A stretch of 64,000 nt of DNA, taken from Mobula hypostoma. Taxonomy: Eukaryota. A program made the translations under genes and the position numbers. This document shows, piece after piece, positions 1 to 11,884 of this stretch. How positions within the stretch are numbered: the stretch's first letter is position 1; every line of letters starts with the position of its first letter. Location of the stretch: contig NC_086097.1 of the NCBI RefSeq assembly GCF_963921235.1, forward strand, positions 25,794,001-25,858,000. The letters run 5' to 3'. The notes under the pieces were generated by a model. That model had not been told where the DNA came from. It made no database searches and saw nothing but the letters and a program-made list of their open reading frames with translations.

Positions 1-79
1 TTAGGCTGCTGATCATGAAAATCTCCAGGAAATTTTGAAATTGCCTGTATTTGCTGTTTCAATTCATAATTCAAGTCGA

Positions 80-838
80 TTCAGAATCAGAATCAGGTTT
101 ATTATCGCCGCCATGTGTCGTGAAATTTGTTAGCTTAGCAGCAAGTTCAACACAATACATGACATAAAAGAAGAATAAATAAATAATCTATATATTACAG
201 TATATGTATCTTGAATAGATTAAAAATCATGCAAAAACAAAAATAATATACATTAAGAAAGTGAGGTAGTGTTCATGGGTTCAATGTCCATTTAGGAATC
301 AGATGGCAGAGGGGAAGAAAAGCTGTTCCTGAATCGCTGAGTGTGTGCCTTCAGACTTCTGTACCTCCTACCTGATTGTAACAGTGAGAAAAGGACATGC
401 CCTGGGTGCTTGAGGTCCTTAATAATGGACGCTGCCTTTCTGAGACATCGCTCCTTGAAGATGTCCTGAGTACTTTGTAGGCTTGCAACCAAAATGCAGT
501 CGACTAAGCTTACAACCCTCTGCAGCTTCTTTCGGTCCTGTGCAATGGACCCCCATACCAGACAGTGATGCAGCCTGTCAGAACGCTCTCCACGGTACAA
601 CTATAGAAGCTTTTGAGTGTATTTGTTGACATACAAAATCTCTTCAAACTCCTTATGAAGTATAGTCACTGTCTTGCCTTCTTAAACGTCATCGATATGT
701 TGGGACCAGGTTAGATCCTCAGAGATCTTGATACCCAGGAACTTGAAACTGCTCACTCTCTCCACTTCTGATCCCTCTATGAGGATTAGTATGAGTTCCT
801 TCATCTTACCCTTACTGAAGTCCACAATCAGCTCTTTC
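80..838 (-). mobile_element. Rex1/Babar-type LINE, 3' fragment
   Basis: Minus-strand C-terminal peptide ...CLRKAASIIKDLKHPGHVLFSLLQSGRRYRSLKAHTQRFRNSF; 3' tail AATAAACCTGATTCTGATTCTGA; same subfamily as copies at 7280 and 54138. Confidence 0.85.
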
Positions 839-1349
839 GCCCACAATGTAAGCCGAAATGTTTCTATCTTGGCATGCTTAGGCAGGGTGGATACTGCATG
901 GCAGAACAGGTTTTAGAAAGGTTATAAAAGCATCAAGCACACACCCTTCTATGCATTGCATTTACATTTTATTGGTTTGCAATCACATTGATGCGTATGC
1001 TCTATGCGTATAGCATATTGTGTGTACTCATTATAATAAAGTAATTGATTTTTTTCAGGAGTATTTGTGATAGCAAAATGCCTCGCCACTGTTGCGATAG
1101 CTGCAATACTTTGTTATATTTATGCCGAGGATATGCTTAAATCCCAAAGACGGAGCATGACTCCACTTATTAAGAAAGTCAATGAGCTCTAATTTGGGTG
1201 TAAAATTGGTAACCAAGACAAAGCCCATAGATGCTGCCTGGCTTGCTGAGCTCCTCCAGCATTTTGTGTGTGTTAATCAGCAGCTGAGCAGCATCTGTGG
1301 GGAGAGGGGGAAGTAAAGGTCAACGTTTGGGGCCTGTTTCTATGCTTCA

Positions 1350-1657
1350 AAATACACTACAACCCGTTGCACCGACAGTGGAACGAAAGAGAGTAAGAGC
1401 TTCTAAATAGTGCATTTTCAAAAACTGGTTCATTGCTTCCCGTTTGCAATTGTTTGAACAGACAAGGTAGAGGAGGACGGTAAACTGTCAATCAACTCGC
1501 AGCTCCTGGGATCACCAGCGCTGGCCTTTGCAAACCTGCGTGAGTACTCCTGGCGGCGGGAACTCGAATGTAACGCTGCAATATTATTTTGGGAAGTTAG
1601 AGAAAAGATTTGCAAGCTTCCTTGAATGGTTTGCCCTGAGGGAGACTGAGTCGGACG
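1350..1657 (+). promoter_or_regulatory. Probable tshr proximal promoter / 5' UTR, CpG-enriched
   Basis: Apparently non-repetitive sequence directly upstream of exon 1; CpG density is visibly higher from about 1480 to 2600 than in the rest of the window. No transcription start site can be fixed from sequence. Confidence 0.5.
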
Positions 1658-1842
1658 ATGCTTCTGCTAACCTTGCAGGCGCTGACTCTGACAAGAGTCT
1701 CCACGGGATTGAGCCGGGCTGGAAGCGAACGTGAGACGGGTCAATGCCCGAGCGCCTGCGAGTGTTCAGAGTGGAACTCCTTAAAGATAACCTGCAAGTC
1801 CATCGATCACATTCCGACTTTCCCCCGGAGCACGGAGAACAT
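1658..1842 (+). CDS. tshr: Thyrotropin receptor coding exon 1 (signal peptide and N-terminal Cys box)
   Basis: ATG at 1658; MLLLTLQALTL...CPSACECSEWNSLKITCKSIDHIPTFPRSTEN matches the TSHR cysteine cluster (human [34 protein letters not shown]); donor AT|gtgagt at 1843, phase 2. Confidence 0.93.
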
Positions 1843-1924
1843 GTGAGTAGCCGACCTCTGAGTGCGAGCTCTCCTCCCCCGGGGTGACCGAGCACGGAGG
1901 GACAAGGACTTCGCATTTAGCCGG

Positions 1925-2280
1925 CTAAGTATAGAGTTGGCGTGGAGAGGATGTTTCCTATAGCGGGGGAGTCAAGGACCAGAGGCACAGCCTCAGAATA
2001 CAAGGGCATCATTTCTGGCTAAAGAGATGATGAGTTTCTTTAGCCATAAGGTGGTGAATCTGTGGAATTCATTGCCCCAGTTCTCTTTGGAGGCCAAGTC
2101 ATTGGATATATTTAAAGCGAGGATGGATAAAGTTTAAAGCGGTTCTTGATTAGTAAGAGTGTTAGGAGTGTCGGGGAGAAGGCAGGAGAATGGGACTGAG
2201 AGGGGAAATCGATCAGCCACGGTGGGATGTCGGAGCAGACTCGATGGGCTGAATGGCCTGGTTGCGCTCCAATGTTTTAT
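1925..2280 (+). mobile_element. CR1 LINE 3' end fragment
   Basis: GTGGAGAGGATGTTTCCTATAG...GTGGTGAATCTGTGGAATTCATTGCC...GATGGGCTGAATGGCCT matches the other CR1 3' ends in the window. Confidence 0.75.
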
Positions 2281-2606
2281 GCAGGGGTCGGTACAAGTCC
2301 CTCCCGCTAGATTATAAGCCACCAGCCAGCCCTACCTGGCTCCTGCATTCACGGTGCAGCGCTATTGTTTCTTAACCGGGTTAATGTCAGCGACCTGGTG
2401 GTTGAGGCTATAGGACAGATGCAAGGTAGCAATCCCTTTTCCCATTCCACACCGCTTGTAAGAGTTTCTGCATTGCTAAACCGGCAAAAATAATATAATT
2501 ATGTCCCCACCTGACCCCCGGGAGCAGTCGCCGCACGCAGTAACGGCTGGAAGCCACGGAATCCGTCGAAATATTGAACGCCGCTGGGTAAACCCCTTTA
2601 CAAAGG

Positions 2607-2785
2607 AACATACATCAAAGTTGCTGGTGAACGCAGCAGGCCAGGCAGCATCTCTAGGAAGAGGTACAGTCGACGTTTCAGGCCGAGACCCTTCGTCAGG
2701 AGATGCTGCCTGGCCTGCTGCGTTCACCAGCAACTTTGATGTGTGTTGCTCGAATTTCCAGCATCTGCAGAATTCCTCGTGTTTA
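2607..2785. mobile_element. Miniature Penelope-like insertion (inverted pseudo-LTR pieces) with 13-bp TSD
   Basis: About 45-bp inverted arms (2608-2652 and 2701-2746); flanked by CCCTTTACAAAGG at 2594-2606 and 2786-2798; nearly identical to the ends of the GIY-YIG element at 29763-31202. Confidence 0.85.
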
Positions 2786-4270
2786 CCCTTTACAAAGGGT
2801 CGGATATAAGTTTAGGGCTTATTCACCTCTTGGGACAGATGATACTTTTAGTCAGGGATCATTCACACATTAGCACAGTTCAATGCAAGCAGCAAATCAT
2901 AGACACGAGATTCCGCAGATGCTGGAAATCCAGAGTAACACGACAAAAATTGCTGGAGGAACTCGGCAGGAGCGGAATAAATAGCCCACGTTTTGGGCCG
3001 AGTCTTCCGTCGGGAGTTCTGTTTTGTGTGTGTTACTCAACACATGCAGCGGAGCATTGCGTATGTGGTTCCATATGTCCGGGTTTGTATTTTATCATGT
3101 GGCTAACATGAACGTCACTGATGAGGTTTTTATAGCTGTTCCGCTCATTGCCCTCATGAAGGTGGAGAGCAAGCCAGCGTGAACTAATGGGAAAGGTGCT
3201 CCCTCCACGCTGTTGGGTTGAGATCTCCAGGATTTGGAGTCAGCCACAAGGAAGGACCTGCCAATATGTTTCCAAGTCAGCATGGTAGGCAGCTCAGAGG
3301 GGCATTTCTGTAGCCTGAGGATGGAGAATCTGGAATTCATTGTCACAGATGGCTGTGGTGGCCAAGTCGTTGGGTATATATAAAATGGAGTTTGGTGGGT
3401 TCTTCATTAGTAAGAGTGTTGAAGGACACAAGGAGAAGGCAGGAGAATGAATATGAGAGGGAATAATGAATTGGCCATGATTGAATGACAGAGCAGGTTC
3501 AATGGGTTGGAGGCTGCTGGAATGTCCTCAGTGGGATATTGCTGTGTATTTTGGAAATCCTACACACCAGTGTGTTGGTGTGTGCATTCGTGTGTTTGTG
3601 TATTCATGTGTTTTCTCATGTATGTATAAGCATGCACGTACATTTGTGTGTATGTGCATCTACATACTTGTGTCTTTAAGTATGTTTTCAAAGAGTCATA
3701 GTTGTATGGAAAGAAGTCCCTTTGCCCAAATGACTTCTCGGCAACCAATCTTCAAATCTGAATGCAAATTGTAGATTTAATTTAAATGAATAATAGGTTT
3801 CTAAGAGCCATGGATCATAGACCAGACAATGCTGATTAAAACATTGAAATGTCTTGTGTGGTGTGGGTGCGAATCAGGAGGTGTGGAGGTTGTGTGTAGT
3901 TTCTAAGAGCATTGTAAATATGGAACTCTCCTTTGATGTTTAGCACATAAAATATCAAGCCCCATGTTGGGCCAGTGAGATCCTTCCACTGAAAACGTCT
4001 CCGTACGATGCCCATTGTATCTTGTTTTCTCATTTCTTCATTGCTTCATTTCCACCTATATTTTTCTCCGGTTCCTTGAGTCATGCAACAACAGCACGAA
4101 CTAGGGAGAGTTAATTGGGAACAACTTTTTTGGGCAAGTGCGCAGCTGACAGGTGGAGAGTTTATTAAGACCATCTGCAAAGAATACAGGACGGGTATGT
4201 TTCAGTACAAAAGAAGGACTAGGATGTCAAGGTCAATATAGCATGTAAGATTTAAAAAAAAAATCAAATA

Positions 4271-5734
4271 CAGGTTTCCCCCGCCATCCGAATGTAGAGC
4301 GTTCCTATGAAACGGTTCGTAAGCCGGAATGTCATAAAGTGAAGAAGCAATTACCATTTATTTATATTGGAAAATTTTATGAGCTTTCGCAGACCCAAAA
4401 ATAACCTACCACATCATGCCAAATAACACATAAAACCTAAAATAACAGTAACATATAGTAAAAGCAGGAATGATATGATAAATACACAGCTTATATAAAG
4501 TAGAAATAATTTTCCACAATCATTACTGAACTGTTCTCCGGAGCGAAAATCTCACGCAAGTGCTGTTGGCAAAAACACTCTCTCCAGTGACCTTTAGGCT
4601 ATGAAGCTGCCAAATCATACCAAATAACATAAAAATACACAGCTGATATAAAGTAGAAATAATGTATGTACAGTGTAGTATCACTTACCGGAATTGGGAC
4701 AACGTCGAGCACAGTGATAATGGTGTGTTAGGCTGAGTCGGAGGTTGGGGTGGTGCAGTGGCCCCCACCCTCTGGGCAGTGACCCGATACATTGCCGTGA
4801 AGCATACAGGGGTACAGCAGTAGCCGGGAGGCACACAGCACATCTTTAAGAAAAAAGCCAAAATAAACAAGCTAATTAATTAGGTGCTGGCACCTAATTA
4901 ATTAGCTTGTTTATTTCGGCTTTTTTCTTAAAGATGTGCCGTGTGCCTCCTGGCTACCGCTGCATTTTCTGCGAATCGGTATCTGTCTGCGGCCTGGGTA
5001 TTGGGGTGGTGGGACACTGGGGTGTCATCTCATTGTCTGTTTCCATTAGAGCAGGCAGCTCATCTTCTCCTATAACTGCCTGCCTCGATGTCGAAGGTCG
5101 AGGTTCGTAGTCTGTTGTGGCTGATGTGGAAGGCTTGCTTGACTGCTGAGTTTTTCTATCATACAGTTCGTTAAAAGCACTCAAACCATCCTGCAAATAT
5201 CCCCTAAACTGACGTACCCTTTCAAAATTAAAGTCGTACTTTATTATTACTCATTTGGTTTCGATTGTTATCCTTTCCTCTTCTAATTGCATTGGCTCTT
5301 CATCTATCAGTTCTTGGTCATGGGATGCCAAAACCTCTTCAACATCATCTTCGTCAGCTTCCACAAGCCAAACTTACTTTGTCCTTACTTCGTTCACCAC
5401 GATCGAAACGCTTAATTATGTCTAGTTTTACGCTAAGTGTAACACCCTTACAAGCTCTTTCAGGCTTTTCTGATACCTGAGAACTCATCTTGCAAACGGC
5501 TGCTCACAGGCATGTGTTTAAGCAATGCCGGCGACATTGCATTCCGAATCCGGGGAGAGCGGCTGATTGGGGCACGCGGTGCGCTGCCTTTTATTGCGCG
5601 TTGATTTTTTTTCGCGCGCTGCCTTTTTTGTAACAGTGATAGCACCTTCTATTAGCGAAAACAGGGTACTAATGTAGGTCTTTCATAACAGTGAGGTTTC
5701 GTAAAGCGAACGTTCGAAAAGCGGGGGATACCTG
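4271..5734 (-). mobile_element. Tigger/pogo (Tc1-mariner) DNA transposon, internally deleted
   Basis: TA|CAGGTTTCCCCCGC ... GCGGGGGATACCTG|TA terminal inverted repeats with TA target duplication; minus-strand remnants VEADEDDVEEVLASHDQELIDEEPMQLEEER and NELYDRK...EPRPSTS resemble the Tigger transposase C-terminus. Confidence 0.85.
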
Positions 5735-6199
5735 TAGTACCCTTGAGAATTGAAAGAAGCCAGAAGAGAATTCAAGAAGGAAATTGGGAGAGCTAGGAGG
5801 GGCCGTGAAAAGTCATTAGCAAGTAGAATTAAAGAGAATCCCAAGGCATTTTAGACGTATATCAGGAGCAAGAAGATAACTAGGCAGCAGGTAGAACCAC
5901 TCAAGGATAAGGGAAGGAACAAGTGCTTGAAGGTGAAGGATCTTAGTGAGGCCTTAAATGAGGTGCTTTGCATCAGTGTTTACCGAGAAGGATGTGGAGG
6001 AGAACGAAATCAGTACGGAATTTGTTAATGTTAATATGCTAGGGCATTATGGGATAAAGAGGGAAGTAATGTTGATGAACATGAAGGTGGATAAGTCCCC
6101 AGGGCCTGTTGGAGACTCTTCAACACCAATGAAGGGCCTCGGCTCAAATCTTCAACTGTTCTTTTCCCCCGATATATGCGGCCTCTCCCTCCTATAGGC

Positions 6200-7060
6200 T
6201 GATTAATCACCACCTTTGATTCGGCCAATGACAGTGGTGTTGTCAGCAAACATAAATATGCTATTGGAGCTGTGCTTAGCTTCACAGTCATCTGTATAAA
6301 GGAAGTAAAGCAGGTGCTAATGGAAGGGATGTTGTTGCCAATGGGAAATGACTGGGGTCTACAAGGGAGGAAGTATTGAAGCCTGGTCTTGAAGCTTATT
6401 GATTAGTTTTGAGGGAATGATAGTATTGAATGCCGAGCTGTAGACAATGGAGAGCATCCCGCTGTATACACCTTCACTATTCAGATGTTCCAGGGTTGAG
6501 TGAAGAGCCAATGAAATGGCATCATCTGTGGACCTGTTGTGGCAGTAGGCGAATTGCAGCAGATCCAAGTCGCTCCTCAGGCAGGAGTTGATATATTTCA
6601 TCACCAACCTCTCAAAACACTTCATCACAGTGGTGTAAGTGCTACTGGATGATTGTCAATGAGGCAGGTTACCACGTTCTGAGGCACTAATCTAATTAAT
6701 GCCATCTGCTGTTTGAAGCAGGTGGGTATCTCAGACTGCTGAAGCGAGAGGTTAAAGATCGCAGTGAAAACTAGCCAGTTGATCAGCACAGGTCTTTTGT
6801 ACGCAGCCGGGTACCCCGTCTGGGCTAGATGCTTTCAATGGGTTCACCCTCCTGAAGGATGCTCTCACATTGGCCTCGGAGACTGAAATCACAGGGTCAT
6901 TGTGGCCTTGGGAGCTCATGAAGGTGCCTCCATGTTATGAAAGTCAAAGTGAGCATAAAAAACAGTGAGCTCATCTGGGATCAAAACCTCGTGGTCACCG
7001 ACAGCATGTCACTTGGTTTCACTTTGTAGGAGATGATGGCATTCAAGCCCCGTCACAGCT
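6200..7060 (-). mobile_element. Rex1/Babar LINE RT fragment
   Basis: [39 protein letters not shown]...[12 protein letters not shown] in the ORF track; stops and frameshifts present. Confidence 0.8.
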
Positions 7061-7069
7061 GTCAGTTAT

Positions 7070-8223
7070 ATCAGTGCCTAAGAAGTACGTGGTAACCTGT
7101 CTCAATGACTATCGTCCAGTAACACTTACATCCACTCTGCTTTGAGAGGCTGGTGATGAAACCTATCAACTCCTGCCTAAAAAGAAACTTAGATCTGCTC
7201 CAACTTGCCCACTGTCACCACAGGTCCACAGCAGATGCCACTTCATTGGTTTAAGATGGCCCTACTTGCTGGTTTAAGCGATTACTGTGCAGCTAGGCAC
7301 AGCTCAAATATCATCTATAAATTTGCTGACAATGCAACTATTGTTGGCAGAATCTCAGGTGGTGACGAGAGGGCGTACAGGAGTGAGATATGCCAACTAG
7401 TGGAATGGTGCCACAGCAACAACCTGGCACTCAATGTCAGTAAGACAAAAGAGCTGATTGTGGACTTCAGGAAGGGTAAGACAAAGAAACACATACCAAT
7501 CTTCATAGAGGGATCAGAAGTGGAGTGAGTGAGCAGTTTCATGTTCCTGGGTATCAAGATCTCTGAGGATCTAACCTGGTCCCAACATATCGATGCAGTT
7601 ATAAAGAAAGCAAGACAGTGGCTATACTTTATTAGGAGTTGGAAGAGATTTGGCATGTCAACAACTACACTCAAAAACTTCTATAGTTGTACCGTGGAGA
7701 GCATTCTGACAGGCTGCATCACTGTCTGGTATGGAAGGGATACTGCACGGGACCGAAAGAAGCTACACAAGGTAGTAAGTCTAGTCAGCTCCATCTTGGG
7801 TACTAGCCTACAAAGTATCCAGGACAGCTTCAGGGAGCGGTGTCTCAGAAAGGCAGCGTCCATTATTAAGGACCTCCAGCACCCAGGGCATGTCCTTTTC
7901 TCACTGTTACCATCAGGTAGGAGGTACAGAAGCCTGAAGGCACACACTCAGCGATTCAGGAACAGCTTCTTCCCCTCTGCCATCAGATTGCTGAATGGAC
8001 ACTGAATCCAGGAATACTACCTCATTTTTTTTAATATACAGTATTTCTATTTTTGCATGTTTTTTAAAAATCTATTCAATATATGTATAATGTAATTGAT
8101 TTACTTGTTTGTTTATTTTTTCTTTTTTTTCTTTCTGCTAGATTATGTATTGCATTGAACTGTTGCTGCTAAGTTAACAAATTTCACGTCACATACCGGT
8201 GATAATAAACCTGATTCTGATTC
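7070..8223 (+). mobile_element. Rex1/Babar LINE RT and 3' end
   Basis: YKFADNATIVGRISGGDERAYRSEI...LALNVSKTKELIVDFRK and C-terminal FRNSFFPSAIRLLN; tail AATAAACCTGATTCTGATTCT. Confidence 0.88.
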
Positions 8224-8833
8224 TCATTACTTGCTGGTGACTATGAAACAAAGGAAGCAACTAAGTATTTTGTTATTCATAGTTTTTCTGGTAAACCACC
8301 GTTACAAGCAGTAGCCTGTGCATTCCCTGTCTGTGTTGGGCTGATCACCTGTACGACCTGGCATTTTTACGGTGTGGCTGGAGACTTGCTGGGGCAGAAT
8401 GGTTGCAACATGTCCGGGGTGGAGCAGACTTGCAGGCAATTTGATGCGGCAGAACGAGGCGAGGCAAGGCAAAGTGAGGAAATATCCGAGGTTTGATTGA
8501 TTTAAGAAGCGAGCTGAATTGGAAAGGCCGGTTGCTGGTCGAATTAAGGCGTTGGAGCCTAAGCCCTTGGGCAAAGAACATCCCGAGGCTTGGACAATTG
8601 AAGCGCTGGGTCAAATTGAAATGGTTGGGGTGTCAGGGTCAGAACGAGAGAAGGGTTGGTTCATCTTGCTGCTCCTTGGGGTTTGCTCGTCTCTGTGCCG
8701 GTTTGAGGTTGTGGCCTAAACTAGTGGATTTCCGGATCAGCTTCAGTTCTGAATGCTGTTTGCTTGCTTGTATTGTTTACATGTCTGTCTCTCTGTCTCT
8801 CTGTCTCTGTCTTCTCCTCCCTCCCCCCCCCCC

Positions 8834-8860
<27 letters not shown>
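8834..8860. repeat. (CA)n microsatellite after a poly-C run
   Basis: Direct read of the sequence. Confidence 0.9.
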
Positions 8861-8864
<4 letters not shown>

Positions 8865-9000
8865 GGTGTTTGCTGATCTTCTCTTGTTATAATGGATTTT
8901 ATTGGGGTTCTTTGTCTGCCTGTACGGAGACGAGTCTCCAATGTACTTTGAACTTGGGATTTTGAGCATTCTGCAGTGATCCAAGTTTGATCTGGAATTG

Positions 9001-9880
9001 CTACTTCACGTGTGAAATGGCTTTCTGGACGTCGTATCTGGACCCCTTATATTTTACTTGGTTGCCAGACCCGAACACCACTAATTTGACCCTTAGCAGA
9101 TTGTGGATCTCATGGTTCATCCAGACTTCTGGTTGGGGAAGACTGTGAATGATTTTGTGGGGACACACTCCCCTACGACTGTTGCTATAAAGTCTGTGAC
9201 AACCATAGTGTATTCGTTCGGATCCTCTGATGAATCCTTGAACAAGGTCCAGTCCACTGACTTGAAGCAATCCTGTAGCTGCTTCTCTACCTCCTGCAAC
9301 CTCCTTTTTGTTGTCCTTATCTCTGGACTCTTTAGCCTCTGCCTCTATGCAGATAGGAGGTGGACAGTCAGATGATCAGACCACTTAATACATTAAGTGC
9401 TTGCTTAACATTGGCCTTTTGGGGTATGTAAACTGCGGTCAGAATCACGGACGAGAACTCTCAATAAGTAGAACGAACGGAACTTTATCCTTAGATGTTC
9501 CTGGTCGGGTGAACAAGAGTGCGACAAAACTGCTACATCCGAGCACCATGAAGAGCTTATTATAAAACACAGACCTCCACCTTTTGCCTTCTCCAAATCA
9601 GCAGTCTAATTCATCTGCTGTATTGAAAAGCCCTTGGATCTTACAGACGTATTTGGCATGTTTGAGGTCAGCCATGTCTCCATGAAACATAGAACGCAGC
9701 AATCCTTCATTTTCCTCTGATACAGCAAGGTGCTCATTCTTGTTCTCTAGCAACCATTCATTTGCTAACAAGTTAATGGGTAGAGGAAGTTTCATACCTT
9801 GATGTTTTAGTCTGATTTGGAGTTCTCCCCTCTTCTCTCTCTTCCAGTTGTGGCAATATAAAGATGCCATAACTGCATTT
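9001..9880 (-). mobile_element. Rex1/Babar LINE endonuclease-region fragment
   Basis: KGGGLCFIISSSWCSD..HSCSPDQEHLRIKFRSFYL and LQDCFKSVDWTLFKDSSEDPNEYTMVVTDFI...CVPTKSFTVFPNQK are typical of this clade; broken by frameshifts. Confidence 0.75.
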
Positions 9881-10388
9881 TTGAGATTAAAGTTTCCTGA
9901 GTCCTTCAGAAGATCGTGAAATCAGTAGTTTGTTAAAACAGTTCAAAATTACGTTACTTAAAGGGAAATTACAGGCTGTAGATTGCAGTGAACGTAGTTC
10001 AGACAAAGCATATTTAGAAGTTTTGTAAATTGTTCACAAAGTGTTTTTCTGTGTTTCCCCATACTCAAAGAGAATGTACATAGTCTTTTTCCCAGGGCTG
10101 GGGTATCAACAATTAGAGCGTATAGGTTTAAGGTAAGGATGGGAGATTTAATACCCAGCGGCCAACTTTTTCACCAAGGGGTAAAATCAGCTGCCAAAGG
10201 AAGAGGTTGAGGCAGGTGGCTGAAGTCCAGTGATTCCTGAGGATACGGGTTCGATTTCAACATTTAGGAGAAGATTGGATAAGTACATGGATGGGAAGGG
10301 TACGGACGGCCATGCAGGTCGGTGGGACTAGGCAGAATAATGCTTCTGTACTGTAGTGCTCTGTGACTCTTTGGACGTCTATTTTGAT

Positions 10389-11166
10389 ACACTAGACCGG
10401 ATAAATCCGTAACCAAAGCTTTTTCTCTTCATTTTGACCCTCTGTCCACACTGAAACAGCATCTTTCTCCCTGGAAAACAGAGGTTTTCTAAAACGCTCT
10501 CTAGAGTGTTTAAATCTGAAAACGCCAGTTGGGCGTTGTAGTGTATATGGGGTAACCGGAGGTTTTAAAAAAACCTGTTGTCCCTTTCATCGGTGAAGAG
10601 ACTATGGCTGTAGGAAATGTTTCCAGGGTGACCCCTCTGTGGGAGTGGGCAAGATGTGGGGCCACCCGGGGGTCTGTGTGTCTGTATGTGCAGCTATTGT
10701 GGCTGTGAGGCTGGTATTGTGGCAGTGAAAAGTACTGGGGGCGGGGGGAGTCATCATATTCCTCATCATTGCAAATCCCTCTGCAACAGAGTTAGTCAGT
10801 TTTTCAATGTTTGTCGTCAGCCAGGTCATACTGTCCGTGAACTCCCTATTGGTTGCCTTCGTACACTCCAGTATTTGTTTTTTTAGTTTTAAGCCATCCT
10901 GTATGAGAGCCAACAGCTGTCTGTCGTTTGGCAATTTCCTTAAGTTTTTCTAGTCTGTAACTGGACAAACGCTCACCAAGTATACAGTTTCCTCTTCGCT
11001 TGTTTTCTGTCGATGTGTCCTGCGCATGCCCAGTAGGTGGAGATTCGCCCTAATACCCGTTTTAATGTGGACGGAGGTATTTTCAAAAATACCTGGTGTG
11101 GATGCCTATTGTTTTTACGTGAAACGGGCGTTTTCAAAATTATCTGGTCTAGTGTGGACCTAGCCT
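10389..11166 (-). mobile_element. PIF/Harbinger-like DNA transposon remnant
   Basis: Inverted termini ACACTAGACCGGATAA (left, truncated) and TTATCTGGTCTAGTGTGGACCTAGCCT (right); internal minus-strand coiled-coil peptide QLLALIQDGLKLKKQILE...IEKLTNSVAEGFAMMRNMM, which from recall resembles fish Harbinger accessory ORFs. Confidence 0.6.
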
Positions 11167-11884
11167 CAGTTTCTGCAAATTATCTGCCTAATTTCTTGTA
11201 TACTTAGCGATTAGCTAGTTGCCCATAAAACCCCTGCAACATTCCAAGGTTGTGGGTGGTCTTCTCAAAGTTCCAAGTAAAATTTTTTTATCAGAGTACA
11301 TGTGTCACCACATACAACCCTGAGACTCTTTATCTGTCGCCGTACTTAGCAAATCTGTCGAACGATAACTATATACTGTAAACATCAGAAACTGTAAATG
11401 AACTCTGCAAATGCAGATATAAATAAATAGTAATAAATAACGAGCATGAAATAACAATATAACAGAGTCTCCTGTAAGATGTTCTCTGTTTTCATTCATA
11501 CAGAGAATGTATCAACCCTTCGTGAATGAGTATGTGATTCATTGAGTTGTACAGCATGGAGTCATTCACAGGAGTGGACAGCAAGACCAGCAGTTATTGT
11601 CCACCCCTAATTCTCCAGGAAAGGTGACAGTGAACAAGTCCACGCAGTGAAGGGTCTATCCAGAGATTATGCCAAGGTTGCTTTCCAATCTGTTCCATCC
11701 TTTAGAATCATAGAGTACAGATACAAAATTCAAATTTTTATTAACAAAATATATATGTATCATCTGTTACAACCCTGAGATTCATTTTCTGGTGGGCATA
11801 TTCAATCAATCCAAGAACTATATTAGATTCAATGAAAAATTACACGCAATAGAGAGCAAACAACCAATGTGCAAAAGACAGCAA

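Noticed and set aside
2290..2590. Antisense first exon of a head-to-head neighbour (CEP128 in mammals)
   Set aside because: CpG-rich, but no recognisable coding similarity or convincing splice evidence; synteny alone is insufficient.
6200..8223. Twin-priming 5' inversion of a single Rex1 copy
   Set aside because: The minus and plus fragments cover overlapping RT segments and differ in sequence, so they are more likely separate insertions.
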